A stretch of DNA of 64,000 nucleotides. Origin: Flavobacteriales bacterium. GTDB lineage: Bacteria; Bacteroidota; Bacteroidia; UBA10329. The position numbers and the translations under genes were made by a program. A model generated the notes under the pieces. The model did no database searches. It was not told where the DNA came from and was given only the letters and a program-made list of their open reading frames with translations. The DNA is taken from contig JACJZQ010000004.1 in the NCBI GenBank assembly GCA_020635495.1, forward strand, positions 121,021 to 185,020, read 5' to 3'. Positions 48,837-57,642 of this stretch are shown here, in pieces; the stretch's first letter is position 1, and the number at the start of each line of letters is the position of its first letter.

Positions 48837-50174
48837 TCAGTCAGCAAAAACAGCAGTTGTTTCAACTCCGATCCAACCTCCAACGGTTACTTTATCTCCC
48901 TTCTTTACGTTGATGAAGAAACAGTCTTTTGCAATTGGATAGTACTTAGAAACGGAGGCCAATTTCTTGTTGGCAGCTTCAGAACTAGAAGAATCCACAC
49001 TCTTTGCTTTGTTGTACATGTCTGTAGCAGCCCAGAAACCATACTTCTTAGAGCAGGCATCTTCTCCGCAGCTGTTGGAGGTACTCATGTAAAGGTCACC
49101 GATGTATATGTATGGCTCTCCCCAACCTGACTTCAGACCAGCAGCTTCCTGTGCTTTGGCTCTTGCAGAACTGTATTTGTTGTCTGAACCATACAACTTG
49201 GCCAATCTCAACAGCTTTTCTGCCTTGGCATCATTGTCTGTTTCAGAGGCAATAGACTCTTCCAAGAACTTCGTGGCCTGTGCTGAATTTCCCTTTTTAG
49301 CATGGCCTTCGTAAAGGTTATAAGCCGCAACAGTCGATGGATTCAACTTGTAAAGTTTTTCAGAGGCATCAAGATAGAAATCGCTGTTCAGCCAGTCTCT
49401 TTTTACCATCATAGAAGTAACCTTTTCAAGCAACGCGGCATCATTCGGTGCAGCATCAACTTTAGGCTTCATGAGCTCGATGTACTGATCTTCTTTGGCG
49501 ATACGCTCAAAGTTCTGATCAACCACTTCCTGAGCCTTATCGATCTTGCTCAACTCTTTCTCATCTGTTGTCTTTTTACGCTGGTGCTCCAGAGCTGTAG
49601 CGATCTTGTCATACAGATCGTACAATTCATCCATTTCCATCTGCTTGTCAACCAATCTTCTCATGGCAGCCATGTACAATCGCATCAACACATAAGGGTC
49701 AGTGTCTAGTTTGTCCACATTAAACGCCTCATTCAGTGTGTTGTAGGGTTTGGTGTAATCATCTCCAGCATATTCATACTGGTCCATACCTTTTCTACCG
49801 ATAGAATAGCCTTTGTCGGCTGGGTAAAGCTCTGCACGCTTATCGTAGATCATATATAAGGTGTCCAAGTATGCATTTCGCATTTCCAGATTGTCTTTGT
49901 ATTTCTCAATCTGAAACTCAATGATCTTCGGGCCATTGATAACGATGTTCTTGGTTGCCTCTGGGCAGTTTGCGAAGGCCCATCTCCATCCTAGAATGGC
50001 ATCTGCGTAATTGTCTTGCTTGTAGTATTCTCGGTAAAGCGAGATGCTCTCTTTGCACTTGTCTGGGTCAGAACCGAACTTTTCGTCTTGCGCCATGGCG
50101 CCAGTGCTGACCATTAACAGTTGTACAAGTACAAGCATTGTGATGTTGGTAAGTGTAGAACTGAGTTGTTTCAT
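48837..50174 (-). CDS. Secreted TPR/helical-repeat protein
   Basis: The ATG at 50174 gives the signal peptide MKQLSSTLTNITMLVLVQLLMVSTGAMAQ. The protein is rich in helical repeats. The start sits 2 nt after the upstream stop. Confidence 0.6.
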   Translation of the reverse strand: MKQLSSTLTNITMLVLVQLLMVSTGAMAQDEKFGSDPDKCKESISLYREYYKQDNYADAILGWRWAFANCPEATKNIVINGPKIIEFQIEKYKDNLEMRNAYLDTLYMIYDKRAELYPADKGYSIGRKGMDQYEYAGDDYTKPYNTLNEAFNVDKLDTDPYVLMRLYMAAMRRLVDKQMEMDELYDLYDKIATALEHQRKKTTDEKELSKIDKAQEVVDQNFERIAKEDQYIELMKPKVDAAPNDAALLEKVTSMMVKRDWLNSDFYLDASEKLYKLNPSTVAAYNLYEGHAKKGNSAQATKFLEESIASETDNDAKAEKLLRLAKLYGSDNKYSSARAKAQEAAGLKSGWGEPYIYIGDLYMSTSNSCGEDACSKKYGFWAATDMYNKAKSVDSSSSEAANKKLASVSKYYPIAKDCFFINVKKGDKVTVGGWIGVETTAVFAD

Positions 50175-50176
50175 CT

Positions 50177-51676
50177 TTAATCGTATTTGCGTTTTATGAA
50201 CCATTTATCGTTTAGTGTAAAGCCTAATTTGAAATTCCAGTAGTTCTCCAACAGTAGCGAGCGGTCTGTTGTTCCTCGCTGTCCCCATTCAACCGCAAAA
50301 TTTATCATGCTCTGAATGAATTGGTTGTTACCGGGCAATCTATTTCGTCTCAACGGGAAGCCAAAACCAAGAGTTATGCCATAATCTGGTAATTGGGTTC
50401 CATTGACCTGATATTGGGTCATGGAATAGTAGCCTCCTATCCGATATTGCATCTTTCCGAAGTATGACCAGAACCCACGTGCAGTGTATGGTACGGATGG
50501 CCTGAATTCAATCCCAACGGCAGTTCTCCAGGCATCGGTAAGCGAGTCGTTCTTGCCATCCACATCTTTATAACCGCTCCACAATTCTTGAGCGTGCTCC
50601 GCACCAAAAACCCATTTTTCGCCAACTCGCCAAGTAAGTCCAATACCAAATTTCCAAGGCATGGTAATGTGGCCTCCCTTTATCTCACGCAGCAGAATAG
50701 TGTCTCTAATAATGTCTTCTCCGAATGAAGAAAGTGTGTAAGTACGACCGAATACAGTACTGTTTGCCCTAACATTCATCGGGTGGGCAAATGTTGCTCC
50801 AATATCGAAAACGTGGTGGGTCTTTCTGATCTTGACGCTTCCATCTTTACTGCGTTTTGGAACACCGTCTTTTGTTCTCAATGTATCGTCCTTCAACTCA
50901 AAAGAATACTGCAATCCATAGTCGGTGTAAAAGCCTCCAACATCTGTAAATCGTTCTGATTTGACATTGAAGTAATTCTCAGGGTCGATCTCCAAACGTT
51001 GAATTCTGTTCAATTTCCCAAACAGATAAGAGGCATTCATACCAATGGAGAAGTTCTTGAAAGGAGAAAGTCCGATGCCCACAAAGAATTGGTTCACGCC
51101 ACCGTCTCCTTGAAATAGGTAAGAGTAGTTGACTGTGTCTGTTCCGAACACGCTGGTTTTAGAATCGCTGGCTGAATAGTTGATGCTGCTGAACTCCCGA
51201 AGTCCGAAAGCACCGCCCCAGAAAACACGCTTTTTGATGGCACGCAGCCTTTCCTCACCTTCCAGAGTTTCATAAAGCGAGTCTCGATCAGACTTTACTC
51301 GGACACGAAGAATCGGGAAACCGAATGCGAAGTAGGAGAGATTTGCCTTGGTTACATTCTGCTTCTGCGTAGCTGTAGAAATGGTGGCATAGTTTCCGTA
51401 GACACCAATATCAAAGGCCGTAAAACCAAGCGATGTGTAAGAAGCCGGGTTCTTGAAATTGACCAGATATGGAATACTGTCCTCTCGCATGGCTATGCTC
51501 AAGTTTCCAATTCCTGCAGATCTAACGTTAACTCCGTTGTTCAAATTGCCTAGCCCATATCTCGCATACGGAGAATTGTTGGCGGGCTGGGCCATTGAAA
51601 AAAATGCCCACCCGCTTAAGAGGATGAACATTATAAGTGTGATTGGCTTATTCAGCGTTGTGTAGGTAAATTTCAT
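50177..51676 (-). CDS. Predicted outer-membrane beta-barrel protein (putative porin class)
   Basis: It has a signal peptide and alternating-hydrophobicity beta strands throughout. The C-terminus is aromatic-rich (NFKLGFTLNDKWF) but ends in a short basic tail (IKRKYD) rather than on a terminal Phe. 499 aa. Confidence 0.5.
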   Translation of the reverse strand: MKFTYTTLNKPITLIMFILLSGWAFFSMAQPANNSPYARYGLGNLNNGVNVRSAGIGNLSIAMREDSIPYLVNFKNPASYTSLGFTAFDIGVYGNYATISTATQKQNVTKANLSYFAFGFPILRVRVKSDRDSLYETLEGEERLRAIKKRVFWGGAFGLREFSSINYSASDSKTSVFGTDTVNYSYLFQGDGGVNQFFVGIGLSPFKNFSIGMNASYLFGKLNRIQRLEIDPENYFNVKSERFTDVGGFYTDYGLQYSFELKDDTLRTKDGVPKRSKDGSVKIRKTHHVFDIGATFAHPMNVRANSTVFGRTYTLSSFGEDIIRDTILLREIKGGHITMPWKFGIGLTWRVGEKWVFGAEHAQELWSGYKDVDGKNDSLTDAWRTAVGIEFRPSVPYTARGFWSYFGKMQYRIGGYYSMTQYQVNGTQLPDYGITLGFGFPLRRNRLPGNNQFIQSMINFAVEWGQRGTTDRSLLLENYWNFKLGFTLNDKWFIKRKYD

Positions 51677-52376
51677 TTATGCCTCGTAGCACGAGCAAAA
51701 GGTCTGCAAAGATGTGAGTTTTGAGGTCATTTACAAAAAAGGGTAGATCACCGCCCGTACCTATTGTTTTGGTGCCGGGGTGTAACGTCTCCATAGTGTT
51801 GATCATTGCCTGAATTTCAAACAAGATTCCTTGTTGTACTCCAAGCCGCAGAGCTTCTGTTGTAGACTTGCCAATTGGGCCAGCGGTTTTGGCCGGTTTA
51901 AGTGCTGGTAGTTTAGATGTGTAATTGTTCAGGGCAGAGTAACGCATTTGCATTCCTGGCGAGATATTGCCGCCTTCGTAAACGCCATTCTGTGTTACGA
52001 ACTCATATTTAACGCAAGTACCTATATCTATTACCAGCACCGGATGCTGTGGAAATAGACTCTTGGCACCAATAGCGGCACATAACCTGTCCATACCTAA
52101 AGTTTGTGGTGTGCCATAATTGTTCTTTAACGGAACACGTGTTTGAGAATCTATCATCAACACGTTATGGTCTTCAAAAAAGTGGATGATATTTTCTGAC
52201 AGTTTCACCACTGATGAGACAGAAATGGCATCGAACTGATGATAATCCATGACGGCTTTGATGGGATTGAGATCCAATTCCGGAACCATTCCAGACTCCA
52301 GAGCGTCCCTTCCGCTGAAGCGGGCCCATTTAATTCTGGAGTTCCCTATGTCTATGGCCAAATGCATCAATTTCAA
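51648..52376 (-). CDS. coaX: Type III pantothenate kinase
   Basis: N-terminal LAIDIGNSRIKWA and the later DIGTC motif, 242 aa. Confidence 0.88.
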   Translation of the reverse strand: MKLMHLAIDIGNSRIKWARFSGRDALESGMVPELDLNPIKAVMDYHQFDAISVSSVVKLSENIIHFFEDHNVLMIDSQTRVPLKNNYGTPQTLGMDRLCAAIGAKSLFPQHPVLVIDIGTCVKYEFVTQNGVYEGGNISPGMQMRYSALNNYTSKLPALKPAKTAGPIGKSTTEALRLGVQQGILFEIQAMINTMETLHPGTKTIGTGGDLPFFVNDLKTHIFADLLLVLRGINEIYLHNAE

Positions 52377-52413
52377 AAGTAGAAGTTATGCCTATTCCAA
52401 TTCGAAATATTTT

Positions 52414-52421
52414 TACATTTG
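52414..52421 (+). promoter_or_regulatory. Candidate -7 box TACATTTG upstream of tRNA-Phe
   Basis: Perfect TAnnTTTG, 15 nt before the mature tRNA 5' end. Confidence 0.45.
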
Positions 52422-52436
52422 CAGCCCTCAAAACGA

Positions 52437-52512
<76 letters not shown>

Positions 52513-52513
52513 G

Positions 52514-52545
52514 AAAGCCCACCAAACGGTGGGCTTTCTTATTCT
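52514..52545 (+). terminator. Terminator hairpin after tRNA-Phe
   Basis: AAAGCCCACC-AAAC-GGTGGGCTTT followed by CTTATTCTT. The T tract is interrupted. Confidence 0.6.
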
Positions 52546-52567
52546 TAAATAAGGGTAAATTAGCCCT

Positions 52568-55500
52568 GTGAGTAAGAAGATCGATTCTGATACGGCCATT
52601 GACATTGCAGAAGAACTGCATGCAAGCAGGAAATTTCTGAGGTCGGTTTTCGACAGCATTCCCGGTATGATATACGTTCATGACCTTGAGAACGATGTCA
52701 ACCTGTACAGATCATGGTCATTGAAACGGGTATTGGGTTATCCAGAATCCAGACTACTGAACAGTGGTAAGGGAATAAGAAGTCTGGTGCATCAAGACGA
52801 TGCTCTGGAGTTTAAACAGGCCGCTGCCAATCTTCAAAAAGCGGAAGACAATGAATGTGTGCGGTTTACGTACCGCATGCGCCACAAGAATGGTTCTTGG
52901 GTCTGGTTCAGGAGCGAAGAATATGTGTTTGAGCGTAATTCCGATGGCAAGCCAATAAAGTGTTTGGGTTATGCCACAGACCTGACTTCTACTGTAGAAC
53001 AACAGCAGCAACTTAACGACATCAACAAGTTGAACGAGCTGCTTTTAAGTGCGGCTCAAATTCTTTCGCGGCCGGATACGGCCCCAGTTCAAACGCTGCA
53101 AGACCTGGCAGAAGTGCTCTCCAAACACTTTAAGGCCGTTTGTGACATTTCAGTTCTCGACTCAAGGTCTAATGTTATTGTACCACAGGCACTTTATCAT
53201 GAAGACAATGAGATACGGGAGATCATTGCCAGACTATTTGCAAGTAAGGAGGTAATGAAAGGCCAAGGATTGGTTGGTAAGGTCATTGATTCTGGCAAAG
53301 AGGTAGTCATTGAAAAGGTGCCCGATTCAATGAAGCACGGACCTGCAAGTGTTGATGAGCGCATCATTCCAGAGTCATTGATATACTTCCCGCTCAACGG
53401 TTCAAAATCCATTCTAGGGTCCTTGAACCTATCAAGACTCAAAGGTCAAAGACCCTTTTCTCCTGATGAGATAGACCAGATTAGAAGGATGGGAGAATAC
53501 CTCTCTCTCTTCATTGAAAACGTTCTTCTCAGGGAAGAGCAGAAAGAGGTTGCGCAAATAAAAGCCGAAGCTGAAAGAACTCTAGCAGAGGAAAAACGGT
53601 GGGCAGAATTCAAACTTGAGACCTCATCACTTTTGGCCAATGTAGATCTTGACCTCCATGTTATTCTACAGCAACTTTGTGAGCGCATTACCGAATATTT
53701 TGATGTGGTTTCTGATGTGCAGCTACTTGATGAATCCAGGGGAATGATCGAGCTCGTTGCCCTGCATCATTATGATAGGAAAGTGAAAGCGGCCATAGAG
53801 CAAACCCTGGCCAAAAGAGAGTTGGCTATTGGACAAGGAATGGTGGGTGGTGTTGTGCAAACGGGAAATGAGTTTTTTGTAGACAAATTGCCTCCAAATC
53901 TGGCAGAAAAGTCCAAGAAGGAAGGGGTGAATCCGCTCATCATTCCTTGTTCATTCGCATATCTGCCGCTCAAGTTCAACAACAGGGTTTTAGGAACCTT
54001 GGACCTGACAAGGTTGTCTGAACAGCAACCTATAAGTGAAAACGAACTGAGCCAGATGCGTGACCTTGCCGAGCATGCTGCCAAATTCATAGAGAACAGA
54101 CTTTTGCAAATAGCTCAGGAAAAGGAGATCAACCTCAGAAAAAGGGCGGAGCAAAAGCTGGCGCGTAGCGGCAGAATGTTGGAGCGCATGGAGGCGGAAA
54201 CGCGGGCCATGCTCAATGCTATACCTATTTACATCTCGAGGATTTCAAAGGATCTGAGATACATGTTCATGAATGATTTCTATCACAGCATGAACATTGA
54301 CCCTAGAAGCATGGAGGGCCGTTTTTTGACCGATGTATTGGGTACCCAAGGAGTGGAAAAGTTACAGCCGTATTTTGATCGGGCCTTGGCCGGAGAATTG
54401 GTCAACTATGAACATGATGGGGTTATGGCCGATGGCAAGCACCATTATTTCACGGTTGCTTTGGCTCCAGACTATGGAGAGTCTGGCGAGGTGGTTGGCT
54501 TTTACTCCTGCGCCACCGATGTTACGGAAAAGGTATTGGCAGAACTGGAAAGTCAATTAACGCAAGACCGTTTCGAAACCCTGTCTCTCAACTCGGGAGA
54601 TGCTTTCTTCTTTCATGATCAGGAACAAAATATCATGGATGTAAACCAAGTGGCAACGGAAATGCTTGGTTACACAAGAGAAGAGCTCCTCTCCATGAGG
54701 GCAGAACAGATAGATCCCAGATGGAACGGGGAAGCCTATCAGAAATATTTGAACAAGGTTAAACTCAACGACCCTCAAACCTTTGAGACCGAAATCATCA
54801 CTAAGTCAGGAGAATCAATTCCTGTTGAGGTCAGATTTGTAAAAAGAGAAGAGGGAGGCAGGATTTACATCCAATCTCTTCTCAGAGATAGAACCGAAAA
54901 GCGCAGGCAGGAAGAGCTTTTACAACAGTCTGAAGAAAGACTCAGATTGATTTTCGAAAATGTAGAGGACTTTATTGCCACCGTGGATGCAAATGGGGTG
55001 TTTGAGTCTATCAACAAAACCGGCCAAGGCATGAGGCAGGAAGATGTGGTTGGGGTTTCCACTATCTACGACTATTACGATAATGAAGAACAACTTAAGG
55101 AACTCAAAGTCAATTTTGAGAGGCTAAAGACTGCTGGAAGGTCTTTTGAACTGGAGGATACGTTCACGGCAGATGATAGATCCACAATTACCTATAACAG
55201 GAGGTACATCCCTATCATGCTCGATGGAAAGTTTCTCAGATGTCTGCTCATCATTCGGGATGTGACCGCAGAGAGAAACAGAGAACGGTCTGTGATGCAA
55301 GCGGTGCTAAAGGGTCAAGAACAGGAACGAAAACGCCTAGGGGCAGAGCTTCATGATGGTATTGGGCAGGTACTTTCGGCCATTGCTTTGCAGGTTTCAA
55401 GAGCCAAAGAGTCTGCAGAAATGAGCCGATTTGAAGGAATGATGTCTGAGCTTTCCAATCTGAAGGATAACCTGCATGCTGCAATAAAGGAAGTAAGAAA

Positions 55501-55927
55501 CATCTCTCACGATCTGATGCCAGACGTGCTTGAAAGTTTTGGTCTGCAAGAAGCCATAAAGCAGACCTGTAATAACCTTAAAGACAGGGCCGGAATCGAT
55601 GTGACATTTGCTCATTTCGATCTGGAAGAAAGATACGATCCAGCTGTAGAGTTGAACCTGTTCAGAATTGCTCAGGAGCTACTAAATAATATTCACAAGC
55701 ACGCAAGGTGCGCCAAAGTGCACGTAAGTCTTATTGACCACGGAGACCTCATTAGTCTCACCGTAGAAGATGACGGAGTAGGATTTGACTCTAAGAATGA
55801 GTGGAGTGGAATCGGGTTGAGGAACATTAGGTCCAGAGTGAATATGATGCAAGGAGAATTGGACATAGAGAGTTCAGAAAATTCAGGTACTCTTATTAAT
55901 ATTGAAATACCAAAGAACACCCAATGA
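52568..55927 (+). CDS. Cytoplasmic multi-sensor histidine kinase (PAS-GAF-GAF-PAS-PAS-PAS-HisKA_3-HATPase_c), 1119 aa
   Basis: No TM helices. PAS-like and GAF-like blocks are separated by coiled coils. The H-box ELHDGIGQVLSAI is of the NarX/LiaS (HisKA_3) type, and the C-terminal ATPase has DDGVGF. GTG start. Confidence 0.85.
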   Translation: MSKKIDSDTAIDIAEELHASRKFLRSVFDSIPGMIYVHDLENDVNLYRSWSLKRVLGYPESRLLNSGKGIRSLVHQDDALEFKQAAANLQKAEDNECVRFTYRMRHKNGSWVWFRSEEYVFERNSDGKPIKCLGYATDLTSTVEQQQQLNDINKLNELLLSAAQILSRPDTAPVQTLQDLAEVLSKHFKAVCDISVLDSRSNVIVPQALYHEDNEIREIIARLFASKEVMKGQGLVGKVIDSGKEVVIEKVPDSMKHGPASVDERIIPESLIYFPLNGSKSILGSLNLSRLKGQRPFSPDEIDQIRRMGEYLSLFIENVLLREEQKEVAQIKAEAERTLAEEKRWAEFKLETSSLLANVDLDLHVILQQLCERITEYFDVVSDVQLLDESRGMIELVALHHYDRKVKAAIEQTLAKRELAIGQGMVGGVVQTGNEFFVDKLPPNLAEKSKKEGVNPLIIPCSFAYLPLKFNNRVLGTLDLTRLSEQQPISENELSQMRDLAEHAAKFIENRLLQIAQEKEINLRKRAEQKLARSGRMLERMEAETRAMLNAIPIYISRISKDLRYMFMNDFYHSMNIDPRSMEGRFLTDVLGTQGVEKLQPYFDRALAGELVNYEHDGVMADGKHHYFTVALAPDYGESGEVVGFYSCATDVTEKVLAELESQLTQDRFETLSLNSGDAFFFHDQEQNIMDVNQVATEMLGYTREELLSMRAEQIDPRWNGEAYQKYLNKVKLNDPQTFETEIITKSGESIPVEVRFVKREEGGRIYIQSLLRDRTEKRRQEELLQQSEERLRLIFENVEDFIATVDANGVFESINKTGQGMRQEDVVGVSTIYDYYDNEEQLKELKVNFERLKTAGRSFELEDTFTADDRSTITYNRRYIPIMLDGKFLRCLLIIRDVTAERNRERSVMQAVLKGQEQERKRLGAELHDGIGQVLSAIALQVSRAKESAEMSRFEGMMSELSNLKDNLHAAIKEVRNISHDLMPDVLESFGLQEAIKQTCNNLKDRAGIDVTFAHFDLEERYDPAVELNLFRIAQELLNNIHKHARCAKVHVSLIDHGDLISLTVEDDGVGFDSKNEWSGIGLRNIRSRVNMMQGELDIESSENSGTLINIEIPKNTQ

Positions 55928-56574
55928 ATAAAGTAAAGCTGTTAGTAGTTGATGACCATCCCATGCTTCGCGGAGGTATTGTTTCTCTGTTCAATAGCAC
56001 CGATTCCATTGAAGTAATTCACGAAGCGGCAAATGGAGAACAGGCCATTTCATGTATAGAAAGGCAAAAGCCGGATGTGGTACTCATGGACATCAATATG
56101 GATGGAAAATTGGATGTGCATACAACGGAAGAGATCAAAAGTCGTTGGCCAGATATAAAGGTATTGGCGTTTTCCATGCACGAGGAAGTCCAGGTTATAA
56201 GAAGAATGCTCAAAGCCGGAGCATCCGGATACATTCTAAAGAATGCTTCGCACCATGAGTTGGTGAAGGCCATTGAAGCAGTTGTTCGTGGCGAGAGTTA
56301 TTATGGTCAGGAAGTGTTGGATATAATGACCCAATCGATCACTTCTGATGGAGACGATCTGCACGATGATGTAGTTCTAAGCTCAAGAGAAAAGGAAGTA
56401 CTTCACTTTGTGGCCAAGGAATACACCAATCAAGAAATAGCTGATGAGATAGACATCAGTTTGAGAACAGTAGAAACCCACAAGCGTAATCTCATCAAAA
56501 AATTAAGGGTCAAAAATGTAGTTGGACTGGTGAGATTTGCGCTGGAGCAAGGCCCATTGCTTGATCTGAAATAA
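55924..56574 (+). CDS. NarL/LuxR-family response regulator
   Basis: Receiver domain LLVVDDHPML ... VVLMDINMDG and a LuxR HTH (LSSREKEVLHFVAKEYTNQEIADEIDISLRTVETHKRNL). ATGA overlap with the kinase. Confidence 0.92.
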   Translation: MNKVKLLVVDDHPMLRGGIVSLFNSTDSIEVIHEAANGEQAISCIERQKPDVVLMDINMDGKLDVHTTEEIKSRWPDIKVLAFSMHEEVQVIRRMLKAGASGYILKNASHHELVKAIEAVVRGESYYGQEVLDIMTQSITSDGDDLHDDVVLSSREKEVLHFVAKEYTNQEIADEIDISLRTVETHKRNLIKKLRVKNVVGLVRFALEQGPLLDLK

Positions 56575-57578
56575 TGAGTTTCGGAAAGAACAGATTCAAA
56601 TGGAGAGCACCGAAATCGGTGCTCTTTTATTTATTGGGTTTTTATGTATTGGCGCAATTTGCTTGGTGGGCCTACATGCTGGTTGACCTGAATGCCGAGA
56701 TATACAACCTTAAACTCCAGCTGCTGCAGGCCAGTCAGTTAGCAGGGCCAGAACAGATAATTCTTAAAAGCGAATTGGATCAAAAACTTTCTCACAGAAT
56801 TTGGATGGTTCTGGGAGAGGGAGCCGTTTTCGTATTCATATTATTGGTCGGTTTCCGTGCGGTAAAGAATAGTATTGATAGAGAACTGAAGCTGGCAGAG
56901 CAACAGAAGAATTTTCTCCTCTCAGTCACGCATGAGCTCAGATCTCCATTGGCTTCTGTAAAGCTCCAACTGCAAACCCTCATTTCCAGAAAACTGGATG
57001 ACGATAAAAAGGAAATGCTCCAAACTAGAGCGTTGAAAGATGTAAACAGATTGGAAAAATTGGTTGAGAATCTCTTGCTTGTAAACAAGGTCGAATCAGG
57101 AAAATTACCTCTTCAATTATCAGAAGAAGATTCCACCAAACTTATCAGCAGATTGCTAGAGGATCATTATTCAACAGAAAAGACCGAAGGGAAAATCGTT
57201 TTTCAGAATACTGAAGAAGTGTTGGTATCAGTAGACCGCATGGCCATAGAGAGTGTGCTCATCAATCTTATTGATAATGCGCTGAAGTATGGAGATGGAA
57301 CCACCGTAAATATCACTCTCGAAAAGCAGACAAAAGGCAATTCAGTGGTACTAAAAATTGCAGATGAAGGATCTGGAGTTCCAGACGAGGAAAAGGAAAA
57401 AATATTCGAAAGATTTTACAGAATCGGGAACGAAGAAGTACGTAAAACCAAGGGTACAGGCATTGGCCTTTATCTAGTAAAATTGCTGGTCGAATCGCAT
57501 GATGGCACTGTGAAGGTTTCAAACAATGATCCTTCCGGAGCGTTGTTCAGCGTAACCATTCCTGCGGCAAAGAGGTAA
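56574..57578 (+). CDS. Membrane sensor histidine kinase (HisKA family)
   Basis: Two TM helices, H-box SVTHELRSPL, N-box LIDNALKYG, and G-boxes DEGSGV and GTGIGL. The start overlaps the response-regulator stop (TAATG). Confidence 0.88.
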   Translation: MSFGKNRFKWRAPKSVLFYLLGFYVLAQFAWWAYMLVDLNAEIYNLKLQLLQASQLAGPEQIILKSELDQKLSHRIWMVLGEGAVFVFILLVGFRAVKNSIDRELKLAEQQKNFLLSVTHELRSPLASVKLQLQTLISRKLDDDKKEMLQTRALKDVNRLEKLVENLLLVNKVESGKLPLQLSEEDSTKLISRLLEDHYSTEKTEGKIVFQNTEEVLVSVDRMAIESVLINLIDNALKYGDGTTVNITLEKQTKGNSVVLKIADEGSGVPDEEKEKIFERFYRIGNEEVRKTKGTGIGLYLVKLLVESHDGTVKVSNNDPSGALFSVTIPAAKR

Positions 57579-57642
57579 ACGTCCAGCCTTTCAATATTTG
57601 GTTTTCTTTGTGCCGCAGATTTTTACCAGCTAACCAGACAGA

